A stretch of DNA of 64,000 nt from Haliotis rufescens. Its lineage: Eukaryota. Positions within the stretch are counted from its first letter, which is position 1. Every line of letters starts with the position of its first letter. The DNA is taken from NCBI RefSeq assembly GCF_023055435.1, contig NW_025964372.1, positions 21,266,001 through 21,330,000 on the forward strand, read 5' to 3'. The translations under genes and the position numbers were made by a program. Of this stretch, positions 38,640 to 50,772 are shown piece by piece. The notes beneath the pieces are model-generated. The model saw only the letters and a program-made list of their open reading frames with translations. It was not told the DNA's origin and did not search any database.

Positions 38640-39560
38640 CTCACCCTTCCCGTGTCCATCTCTCCCTTTACATTTCGTTCTTTTCCTGTCCATGTCGATA
38701 TGTCCATTCCTATGTCGACCTCTCCCTTCCCATGTCGACCTCTCTATTCCTTTGTTGATCTCTCTCGTCTCATATCTATATCACTCCCTTGTCGATCTCT
38801 CCCTTCTCATGTCAATATCCCCCTTCATGTGTCGACCTCTCCCTTCCTATGTCGAACTCTCCCTTCCCATGTCGACCTCTCCCTTCCTATGTCGACCTCT
38901 CCCTTCCCATATCGACCTCTCCCTTCCCATGTCGACCTCTCCCTTCCCATGTCGACCTCTCCCTTTCCATGTCGACCTCTACTTTCCAAAGTCGACCTCT
39001 CCCTTCCTGTGTCGACCTCTCCCTTCCCATGTCGACCTCTCCCTTCCCATGTTGACCTCTCCCTTCCTATGTCGACCTCTCCCTTCCTATGTCGACCTCT
39101 CCCTTCCTATGTCGACCTCTCCCTTCCCATGTCGACCTCTCCCTTCCTTTGTTGATCTCTCTCGTCTCTTATCTATATCCCTCCCTTGTCGATCTCTCCC
39201 TTCTCATGTCAATATCCCCCTTCATGTGTCGACCTCTCCCTTCCATGTCGACCTCTCCCTTCCATGTCGACCTCTCCCTTCCCATGTCGACCTCTCCCTT
39301 CCCATGTCGACCTCTCCCTTCCTTTGTTGATCTCTCTCTTCTCTTATCTATATCCCTTCCCTTGTCGATCTTTCTCTCAGCATGCTGATCTTCCCTTTCA
39401 AATGTCGACTCTCTCCTCCCCTTGTCAATCTCTCCTTTCCCATGTCGACCTCTCCCTTCCCATGTCGATCTCTCCTCTCTCATGTCAATATCACCCTTTA
39501 TGTGTCGACCTCTTCCTTCCCATGTCGATCCTCCCTTCTCATGTCAATCTATCCCTTCCT
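38640..39560. repeat. 20-bp pyrimidine-rich minisatellite (gtcgacctctcccttcccat)
   Basis: Tandem periodicity. Confidence 0.92.
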
Positions 39561-39645
39561 TTATCTGTTTCTCGATTTAGTGATGTCGGTGATTCTTTTA
39601 TGATATTTTAAAATCGAATTTGTGATGTCTTAAAATAATGGTGAT

Positions 39646-39891
39646 GTTTGTTTGCTTGTTTGTTGTTTAACGCCACACTCAGCAATATTACAGCTTTATG
39701 ACGGCGGTCTGTAAATAATCGAGTCTGGACCAGACAATCTGGTCATTGACATTATGCGCATCGATCCAGGCAAATGGGATACGATGACATGCATCAACCA
39801 AGTCAGCAGGCCTGACCAACCGATCCCGTTAGTCGCCTCTTACGGCTAGCATGGGTTACTGAAGATCTATTCTAACCCGGATCTTCACGGT
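39646..39891 (-). mobile_element. SINE family S3
   Basis: Reverse-complement similarity to 12039-12297. Confidence 0.8.
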
Positions 39892-40371
39892 TTAAAAAAA
39901 TGGTGAATTTTAAGATAATAATAATGAGAATGTGTGACATTATTAATTCATTTTTGACTTATCTCCCTTGATTGGAGTGTTGTATTAGAAGGGGAGATTA
40001 GGAGTGTTATATATTTGCCAAATGTCATGTTAGCTTATCAGATGACAAAATGTATATTATTACTTAAAAAGCACAAAGAAATAAACCCATCAACTTATAT
40101 GCGTGACCTGACAGATAATAATATTGTTGCCTAGATGCTAATATATTGTGGTGTGCACCAAGATGTTAAGAAATCAAAACACGGGTTTCAAATGATCAAT
40201 AATTCTTTTACTGATATCAATGAATCAAGTTATTGATGTCATAAAAAACGCGATACGCGTGCAGCACGTGCGCTGTCGTGTAGAAGTGTCAGTCACGTGG
40301 AAAATATGCTGCAGATGCACGGTAACGGTGTGTTTACGTGTACGGCGGGAGTCACCGTCTTGGTCGGGAAA

Positions 40372-43300
40372 TGTCTGGTTCTACAGGGGGATATCGTCAA
40401 CACCAAGGAGGGGTGAGTTGTATGTTATTGTCTGGTTCTATAGGGGAATACCGTCAACACCAGGGAGGGGTGAGTTGTATGTTATTGTCTGGTTCTACAG
40501 TGGGATATCTTCAACACCAGGGAAGGGTGCGTTGTATGTTATTGTCTGGTTCTACAGGGTGATATCGTCAACACCAAGGAGGGGTGAGTTGTATGTTATT
40601 GTCTGGTTCTATAGGGGAATACCGTCAACACCAGGGAGGGGTGAGTTGTATGTTATTGTCTGGTTCTACAGGGGGATATCGTCAACACCAGGGAGGGGTG
40701 AGTTGTATGTTATTGTCTGGTTCTACAAGGGGATATCGTCAACACCAGGGAGGGGTGAGTTGTATGTTATTGTCTGGTTCTACAGGGGGATATCGTCAAC
40801 ACCAGGGAGAAGGTGAGTTGTATGTTATTGTCTGGTTCTACAGGTGGATATCGTCAACACCAGGGAGGGGTGAGTTGTATGTTATTTTCTGGTTCTACAG
40901 GGGGATATCGTCAACATCAGGGAAGGGTGAGTTATATGTTATTTTCTGGTTCTACAGGGGGATATTGTCAACACCAGGGGAAGGTGAATTGAAAATAATG
41001 TTTTGGTTCTACACGGGGGTATTGTCAACACAGGGGCCGGGGAGGGTGCGTTGTATGTTATTGTCACGTTCAAAAGGGGGATATTGTCAACACCAGGGAA
41101 AGGCGCGGTGTATGTTATTGTCTGGTTCTACAGGGGGATATTGTCAACGCCAGGAAGGGGTGCGTTGTATGTTATTGTCACGTTCTAGAGGGGGATATCG
41201 TCAACACCAGGGAAGGGTGACTTTTATGTTATTGTCTGGTTCTAGAGGGGGAAATCGTCAACATCAGGGAAGGGTGCGTTGTATGCTATTGTCTGGTTCT
41301 ACAGGTGGATATTGTCAACACCAGGGGAGGGTGCGTTGTATGTTATTGTCTGGTTCTACAGGGGGATATTGTCAACGCCAGGAAGGGGTGCGTTGTATGT
41401 TATTGTCACGTTCTAGAGGGGGATATCGTCAATACAAGGGAAGGGTGCGTTGTATGTTATTGTCTGGTTCTACAGGGGGATATCGTCAACACCAGGGAGG
41501 GGTGCGTTGTATGTTATTGTCTGGTTCTACAAGGGGATATTGTCAACACCAGGGAAGGGTGCGTTGTATGTTATTGTCTGATTCTAGAGGGGGGTATTTT
41601 CAACACCAGGGGAGGGGTGAGTTGTATGTTATTGTCTGGTTCTAAAGGGGAATATCGTCAACACCAGGGAAGGGTGAGTTGTATGTTGTTGTCTGAGTCT
41701 ACAGGGGGATATCGTCAACACCAGGGAAGGGTGACTTTTATGTTATTGTCTGGTTCTAGAGGGGGATATCGTCAACACCAGGGAAGGGTCCGTTGTTTGC
41801 TATTGTCTGGTTCTACAGGGGGATATCGTCAACACCAGGGGAGGGGTGAGTTGTACGTTATTGTCTGGTTCTACAGGTGGATATTGTCAACACCAGGGGA
41901 GGGGTGAGTTGTATGTTATTGTCTGGTCCTACAGGCGGATATTGTCAACAACAGGGGAGGGGTGAGTTGTATGTTATTGTCTGGTTCTACAGGGGGATAT
42001 CGTCAACACCAGGGAGGGGTGAGTTGTATGTTATTGTCTGGTTCTACAGGTGGATATCGTCAACACCAGGGAGGGGTGAGTTGTATGTTATTGTCTGGTT
42101 CTACAGGGGGATATCGTCAACACCAGGGAAGGGTGAGTTATATGTTATTGTCTGGTTCTACAGGGGGATATTGTCAACACCAGGGGAAGGTGAATTGAAA
42201 ATAATTTTTTGGTTCTACACGGGGGTATTGTCAACACAGGGGCCGGGGAGGGTGCGTTGTATGTTATTGTCACGTTCAACAGGGGGATATCGTCAACACC
42301 AGGGAAAGGCGCGGTGTATGTTATTGTCTGGTTCTACAGGGGGATATTGTCAACGCCAGGAAGGGGTGCGTTGTATGTTATTGTCACGTTCTAGAGGGGG
42401 ATATCGTCAACACCAGGGAAGGGTGACTTTTATGTTATTGTCTGGTTCTAGAGGGGGAAATCGTCAACATCAGGGAAGGGTGCGTTGTATGCTATTGTCT
42501 GGTTCTACAGGTGGATATTGTCAACACCAGGGGAGGGTGCGTTGTATGTTATCGTCTGGTTCTACAGGGGGATATTGTCAACACCAGGGAAGGGTGAGTT
42601 GTATGTTATTGTCTGGTTCTACAGGGGGATATCGTCAACACCAGGGAAGGGTGACTTTTATGTTATTGTCTGGTTCTAGAGGGGGAAATCGTCAACATCA
42701 GGGAAGGGTGAGTTGTATGTTATTGTCTGGTTCTACAAGGGGATATCGTCAACACCAGGGAAGGGTGACTTTTATGTTATTGTCTGGTTCTAGAGGGGGA
42801 AATCGTCAACATCAGGGAAGGGTGCGTTGTATGCTATTGTCTGGTTCTACAGGGGGATATTGTCAACACCAGGGGAGGGTGCGTTGTATGTTATTGTCTG
42901 GTTCTACAGGGGGATATTGTCAACACCAGGGGAGGGTGCGTTGTATGTTATTGTCTGGTTCTACAGGGGAATATCGTCAACACCAGGGAGGGGTGAGTTG
43001 TATGTTATTGTCTGAGTCTACAAGGGGATATTGTCAACACCAGGGGAGGGTGCGTTGTATGTTATTGTCTGGTTCTAGAGGGGGATATTGTCAACACCAG
43101 GGAGGGTTGAGTTGTATGTTATTGTCTGGTCCTACAGGGGGATATTGTCAACACCAGGGAGGGGTGAGTTGTATGTTATTGTCTGAGTTTACAAGGGGAT
43201 ATTGTCAACACCAGGGGAGGGTGCGTTGTATGTTATTGTCTGGTTCTACAGGGGGATATTGTCAACACCAGGGAGGGTTGAGTTGTATGTTATTGTCTGG

Positions 43301-43655
43301 TCCTACAGGGGGATATTATCAACACCAGGGAAGGGCGAGTTGTATGTTATTGTCTGGTTCTACAGGGGAATATCGTCAACACCAGGGAAGGGTGCGTTGT
43401 ATGCTATTGTCTGGTTCTACAGGGGGATATTGTCAACACCAGGGGAGGGTGCGTTGTATGTTATTGTCTGATTCTACAAGGGGATATTGTCAACACCAGG
43501 GAAGGGTGCGTTGTATGTTATTGTCTGATTCTAGAGGGGGGTATCGTCAACACCAGGGGAGGGTGCGTTGTATGTTATTGTCTGGTCCAACAGGGGGATA
43601 TTGTCAACACCAGGGAAGGGTGCGTTGTATGTTATTGTCTGGTTCTACCAGGGGT
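40372..43655. repeat. 57-bp minisatellite, about 57 copies
   Basis: tgtctggttctacagggggatatcgtcaacaccagggaggggtgagttgtatgttat. Confidence 0.95.
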
Positions 43656-43753
43656 TGCCTATGTCGGGCAACTCGGTGTTGTAGGAAGTATTTTTACACA
43701 TTTTCATATTTTGCATTTATTTGAATGCCATTTATGAGTTTAACTGCTGTTTT

Positions 43754-43879
43754 GAGTGTATATGGTTTTACGCCGCTTTTAGCAATATTCCAGCAATATC
43801 AAGCAAAAGGCTTCACACATTGTATCCATGTCGGGAATCGAACCCGGGCCTTCGGCGAGACGAGCGAACGCTTTGACCA
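43754..43879 (-). mobile_element. tRNA-derived SINE, family S2 (internal deletion)
   Basis: Similar to 22997-23168. Confidence 0.8.
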
Positions 43880-43983
43880 TAAGGCTACCCCGCCGCCCCT
43901 TAACTGCTTTAGACCGGCGACAACTCCTGGAGATGCTTGCTGATATTCGAATTAAGGTAATGCGTAGTCCTTTATTCACACGA

Positions 43984-44222
43984 TGTGCAGAGTTGCGTCC
44001 CTTTGGCACGCCAGAAACCTATGATTGTGGTATCGAATCCCGGTTCGCCCCGATTATGTTTCTAGGTTTGTCAGCACTATACCCGTGCTGGTGGGTTTCA
44101 CCGAAGTGGTAAACGTCTGAGACCTCAATCTCTTCGGGCTTTCCTTCCACATTAAGCTGACACGCCGTGATAAAACTGCAATAACGTTAAAAGCGTCGTT
44201 AAACCTAACACACTCACTCACT
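43984..44222 (+). mobile_element. SINE family S1 (5'-truncated)
   Basis: Similar to 24320-24598. Confidence 0.78.
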
Positions 44223-44309
44223 TCTTTATTCACAAAGCACTCATGGTAATAAAGTAAACGGCTACGAGATCGTTCCTGATCAAGGCCCAGTAAGGCAAGT
44301 TGTTTCATG

Positions 44310-47300
44310 TATGGCGAGTAATACAAACGCGGGCGAGTAGTGCACAGGGTGGCTAGTAATGCATTGAACAGGAGGCCGAGTAATGCACAAGAGCAGGAAT
44401 ACTGCACTCGAGGCCGACTGATGCATAAGATGGTGAGTAATGCATAAGAAGGCGATCAATGCACAAGAGACCGAGTAATGCACAAGAGGGCGATTAATGC
44501 ACAGGAGGACGAGTAATGCACAAGAGGACGAGTAATGCACAAGATAACGAGTAATGCACAAGAGGGTGAGTAATGCACAAAAAGACGATTAATGCATAAG
44601 AAGGCGATTAATGCAGAAGAGGACGAGTAATGCACAAGAGGACGAGTAATGCACAAGAGTGTGAGTAATGCACAAGAGGACGAGTAATGCACAAGAGGGT
44701 GAGTAACGCACAAGATAACGAGTAATGCACAAGAATATGACTAATGCACAAAAAGACGATTAATGCATAAGAAGGCGATTAATGCAGAAGAGGACAAGTA
44801 ATGCACATTGGGACGATCAATGCACAAGCTAGTGAGTAATGCACAGGAATTCGAGTAGTGCTCCAGAGGCCGTTAGATGCACAAGGGGACGAGTAATGCA
44901 CAAGAGCAGGAATAATGCACACGAGGCCGAGTAATGCACAAGAGGCCAATTAACGCACAAGAGGCCGATTAATGCACAAGAGGCCGATTAATGCACAAGA
45001 GGACGAGTAATGCACAAGAGGGCGAGTAATGCACAAGAGGGTGAGTAACGCACAAGATAACGAGTAATGCACAAGAAGGTGACTAATGCATAAAAAGACG
45101 ATTAATGCATAAGAAGGCGATTAATGCAGAAGAGGACAAGTAATGCACATTGGGACGATCAATGCACAAGCTAGTGAGTAATGCACAGGAAGTCGAGTAG
45201 TGCTCCAGAGGCCGTTAGATGCACAAGGGGACGAGTAATGCACAAGAGCAGGAATAATGCACACGAGGCCGAGTAATGCACAAGAGGGCGATTAATGCAC
45301 AGGAGGACGAGTAATACACAAGAGGACGAGTAACGCACAAGATAACGAGTAATGCACAAGAGGGTGAGTAATGCACAAAAAGACGATTAATGCATAAGAA
45401 GGCGATCAATGCAGAAGAGGACAAGTAATGCACATTGGGACGATCAATGCACAAGCTAGTGAGTAATGCACAGGAAGTCGAGTAGTGCTCCAGAGGCCGT
45501 TAGATGCACAAGGGGACGAGTAATGCACAAGAGCAGGAATAATGCACACGAGGCCTAATAATGCACAAGAGGCCAATTAACGCACAAGAGGCCGATTAAT
45601 GCACAAGAGGCCGATTAATGCACAAGAGGACGAGTAATGCACAAGAGGGCGAGTAATGCACAAGAGCGTGAGTAATGCACAAGAGGGTGAGTAACGCACA
45701 AGATAACGAGTAATGCACAAGAATATGACTAATGCACAAAAAGACGATTAATGCATAAGAAGGCGATTAATGCAGAAGAGGACAAGTAATGCACATTGGG
45801 ACGATCAATGCACAAGCTAGTGAGTAATGCACAGGAAGTCGAGTAGTGCTCCAGAGGCCGTTAGATGCACAAGGGGACGAGTAATGCACAAGAGCAGGAA
45901 TAATGCACACGAGGCCTAATAATGCACAAGAGGCCAATTAACGCACAAGAGGCCGATTAATGCACAAGAGGCCGATTAATGCACAAGAGGACGAGTAATG
46001 CACAAGAGGGCGAGTAATGCACAAGAGCGTGAGTAATGCACAAGAGGGTGAGTAACGCACAAGATAACGAGTAATGCACAAGAATATGACTAATGCACAA
46101 AAAGACGATTAATGCATAAGAAGGCGATTAATGCAGAAGAGGACAAGTAATGCACATTGGGACGATCAATGCACAAGCTAGTGAGTAATGCACAGGAAGT
46201 CGAGTAGTGCTCCAGAGGCCGTTAGATGCACAAGGGGCCGAGTAATGCACAAGAGCAGGAATAATGCACTCGAGGCCGACTGATGCATAAGATGGTGAGT
46301 AATGCATAAGAAGGCGATCAATGCACAAGAGACCGAGTAATGCACAAGAGGGCGATTAATGCACAGGAGGACGAGTAATGCACAAGAGGACGAGTAATGC
46401 ACAAGATAACGAGTAATGCACAAGAGGGTGAGTAATGCACAAAAAGACGATTAATGCATAAGAAGGCGATTAATGCAGAAGAGGACGAGTAATGCACAAG
46501 AGGACGAGTAATGCACAAGAGTGTGAGTAATGCACAAGAGGACGAGTAATGCACAAGAGGGTGAGTAACGCACAAGATAACGAGTAATGCACAAGAATAT
46601 GACTAATGCACAAAAAGACGATTAATGCATAAGAAGGCGATTAATGCAGAAGAGGACAAGTAATGCACATTGGGACGATCAATGCACAAGCTAGTGAGTA
46701 ATGCACAGGAATTCGAGTAGTGCTCCAGAGGCCGTTAGATGCACAAGGGGACGAGTAATGCACAAGAGCAGGAATAATGCACACGAGGCCGAGTAATGCA
46801 CAAGAGGCCAATTAACGCACAAGAGGCCGATTAATGCACAAGAGGCCGATTAATGCACAAGAGGACGAGTAATGCACAAGAGGGCGAGTAATGCACAAGA
46901 GGGTGAGTAACGCACAAGATAACGAGTAATGCACAAGAAGGTGACTAATGCATAAAAAAGACGATTAATGCATAAGAAGGCGATTAATGCAGAAGAGGAC
47001 AAGTAATGCACATTGGGACGATCAATGCACAAGCTAGTGAGTAATGCACAGGAAGTCGAGTAGTGCTCCAGAGGCCGTTAGATGCACAAGGGGACGAGTA
47101 ATGCACAAGAGCAGGAATAATGCACACGAGGCCGAGTAATGCACAAGAGGGCGATTAATGCACAGGAGGACGAGTAATGCACAAGAGGACGAGTAACGCA
47201 CAAGATAACGAGTAATGCACAAGAGGGTGAGTAATGCACAAAAAGACGATTAATGCATAAGAAGGCGATCAATGCAGAAGAGGACAAGTAATGCACATTG

Positions 47301-49175
47301 GGACGATCAATGCACAAGCTAGTGAGTAATGCACAGGAAGTCGAGTAGTGCTCCAGAGGCCGTTAGATGCACAAGGGGACGAGTAATGCACAAGAGCAGG
47401 AATAATGCACACGAGGCCGAGTAATGCACAAGAGGCCAATTAACGCACAAGAGGCCGATTAATGCACAAGAGGCCGATTAATGCACAAGAGGACGAGTAA
47501 TGCACAAGAGGGCGAGTAATGCACAAGAGCGTGAGTAATGCACAAGAGGGTGAGTAACGCACAAGATAACGAGTAATGCACAAGAATATGACTAATGCAC
47601 AAAAAGACGATTAATGCATAAGAAGGCGATTAATGCAGAAGAGGACAAGTAATGCACATTGGGACGATCAATGCACAAGCTAGTGAGTAATGCACAGGAA
47701 GTCGAGTAGTGCTCCAGAGGCCGTTAGTTGCACAAGGGGACGAGTAATGCACAATAGCAGGAATAATGCACAAGAGCAGGAATAATGCACACGAGGCCGA
47801 GTAATGCACAAGAGGACTAGTAATGCACAAGAGGGTGAGTAACGCACAAGATAACGAGTAATGCACAAGAGGCCGATTAATGCACAAGAGGACGAGTAAT
47901 GCACAAGAGGGCGAGTAATGCACAAGAGGGTGAGTAACGCACAAGATAACGAGTAATGCACAAGAAGGTGACTAATGCATAAAAAGACGATTAATGCATA
48001 AGAAGGCGATTAATGCAGAAGAGGACAAGTAATGCACATTGGGACGATCAATGCACAAGCTAGTGAGTAATGCACAGGAAGTCGAGTAGTGCTCCAGAGG
48101 CCGTTAGATGCACAAGGGGACGAGTAATGCACAAGAGCAGGAATAATGCACACGAGGCCGAGTAATGCACAAGAGGGCGATTAATGCACAGGAGGACGAG
48201 TAATGCACAAGAGGACGAGTAACGCACAAGATAACGAGTAATGCACAAGAGGGTGAGTAATGCACAAAAAGACGATTAATGCATAAGAAGGCGATCAATG
48301 CAGAAGAGGACAAGTAATGCACATTGGGACGATCAATGCACAAGCTAGTGAGTAATGCACAGGAAGTCGAGTAGTGCTCCAGAGGCCGTTAGATGCACAA
48401 GGGGACGAGTAATGCACAAGAGCAGGAATAATGCACACGAGGCCGAGTAATGCACAAGAGGCCAATTAACGCACAAGAGGACGAGTAATGCACTAGAGGC
48501 CGATTAATGCACAAGAGGACGAGTAATGCACAAGAGGGTGAGTAATGCACAAGAGGGTGAGTAATGCACAAGAGCGTGAGTAATGCTCAAGAGGGCGAGT
48601 AACGCACAAGAGGACGAGTAATGCACAAGAGGCCGATTAATGCACAAGAGGAGAAATGCTCAAGATCGCGACTATGCACAAGAGCACGTGTAATGCATAT
48701 TGGGACGAGTAATGCACAAGCTATTGAGTAATGCACAAGCTATTGAGTAATGCACAGGAAGTCGAGTAATGCACAAGCGACCGATTAATGCACAAGAGGT
48801 CGATTTATGCAAAGGATGGTGAGTATTGAATAGGAGGTCGAGTAATGCACAAGAGGACGAGTAATGCACAAGGGGCCGATTAATGCATAAAATTTTGAGT
48901 AATGCACATAAAGGCGAGTAGTGCACAAGAGGGTGATAAGTGCACAAGAGGAGGAGTAATGCCCAGAGTGGCTAGTAATGCACAGGAGGACGAATGATGC
49001 TCTGGATGACGGGTAATACTCATGATAGCGAGTTTTACAAAGGTAGAACGAGCTATTCCCTTTGAGGCGAGTAAAGCTCTATATGGTGAGCAATGCTCTA
49101 TATGGTGAATAATGCTCTATATGGTGAATAATGCTCTATGAGGTGAGTAATTCTCTATATGGAGAGTAATGCTCT
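44310..49175. repeat. 19-bp minisatellite with higher-order structure, about 250 copies
   Basis: gacgagtaatgcacaagag. Confidence 0.95.
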
Positions 49176-49571
49176 GGCGGTGCACAGGAAACTACGTATT
49201 ACAGTCAGGGTTTAACAAGTGTTAAATGTCCAAGACTGAATCAACACTACATTTTAGACAAGGCTACAGCTATTAGCACCACCTGATTCAACACTATAGC
49301 ACGCACCTGTCGCACGTGCAGACTGTTAAGTGTCTCCTATTTGTGCAGGCAAATCTCAGGTTACAGGTTATCATATACACATAATGCAGCAGGAAAGATG
49401 AGCTTAGACGGATCCTCTGCCCGTACACGTGAGTGTAATATTAGTTGCACATGGTATAATGAGTTCATAAAACGCTTCTACAGTACTTAGTGTACATGTT
49501 TAAATGTACTCAAACGTCACCATTTTAGTTGCACATGGTGTAATGTACTCCTATAATAGCTATGGTATTAG

Positions 49572-49770
49572 GACCGCCTCCGTGGCCTAGTGGTAGGGCG
49601 TCTGCACGGAGGGCGGAAGATCCTGTGATCGATCCGAAGCTCGATGGTCAGCTCGGAGTCAGTATGCTGTGTCTGAATGGGGTATTCATGTTTAACTGCA
49701 GCATGGTATCTCAGTGGTCTAGCACTATAAAATCGGCATTAACCCGGACTAGTACAAGCAGCCGCACACA

Positions 49771-49810
<40 letters not shown>

Positions 49811-49886
49811 CACACGCACACGTGTATGCACATCGCTATATGAGTGCAATAATCTTGAACGCGACGTTTAACCCCATTTCACGTCA
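49572..49886 (+). mobile_element. tRNA-derived SINE with Meta/RUDI-like core and internal (GCAC)n
   Basis: tggcctagtgg A box; tcagtggtctagcactataaa core; gcgacgttaaacc tail; TSD ctatggtattag. Confidence 0.7.
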
Positions 49887-49894
49887 CCTATGGT

Positions 49895-50607
49895 ATTAGT
49901 TGCACATGGTGCAAGCTACTCATATAAACGCTATCATAGTAGTTGCACATGGTGTAATGTACTCATATAAACGCTATCATAGTAGTTGTACATGGTGTAA
50001 TGTACTCATATAGCGGCTATCATAGTAGTTGCACATGGTGTAATGTACTCATATAAACGCTATCATAGTAGTTGCACATGGTGTAATGTACTCATATAAA
50101 CGCTGTCATAGTAGTGGCACATGGTGCAATGTACTCATATAAACGCTATCATAGTAGTTGCACATGGTGTAATGTACTCATATAAACGCTGTCATAGTAG
50201 TGGCACATGGTGCAATGTACGCATATAAACGCTATCATAGTAGTTGTACATGGTGTAATGTACTCATATAAACGCTATCATAGTAGTTGCACATGGTGTA
50301 ATGTACTCATATAAACGTTATCATAGTATTTGTACATGGTGTAATGTACTCATATAAACGCTATCATAGTAGTGGCACATGGTGTAATGTACTCATATAA
50401 ACGTTATCATAGTAGTTGCACATGGTGTAATGTACTCATACAAACGCTGTCATATTAGTGGCACATGGTGTTATGTACTCATATAAACGTTATCATAGTA
50501 TTTGTACATGGTGTAATGTACTCATATAAACGTTATCATAGTATTTGTACATGGTGTAATGTACTCATATAAACTCTGTCACAGTAGTTGCACATGATGT
50601 AATGTAT
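49895..50607. repeat. 43-bp minisatellite (degenerate copies also at 49440-49570)
   Basis: tagttgcacatggtgtaatgtactcatataaacgctatcatag. Confidence 0.92.
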
Positions 50608-50772
50608 TGCTTCAAAAGCAATCATGTGTCATGTAGGTGTATATAGATAGAGATAAATACACCTGATTGTGGACACAGATATATCACTTGGTGATTGCTT
50701 TTCTATGTGGCAGTGTGCCTCAGTAGTTGAGAATCACTTGTTTCTTGTTTTTAGAAATCCAACATTTTCAAC

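Noticed and set aside
41877-43724. 615-aa ORF and overlapping 200-350-aa ORFs
   Set aside because: Translation of a 57-bp (19-codon) minisatellite; open in several frames with no domain features
37318-50772. Functional link or shared bidirectional promoter between AGPAT-C and the METTL24-like gene
   Set aside because: 13 kb of mostly satellite separates the start codons; adjacency alone is not evidence in an animal genome
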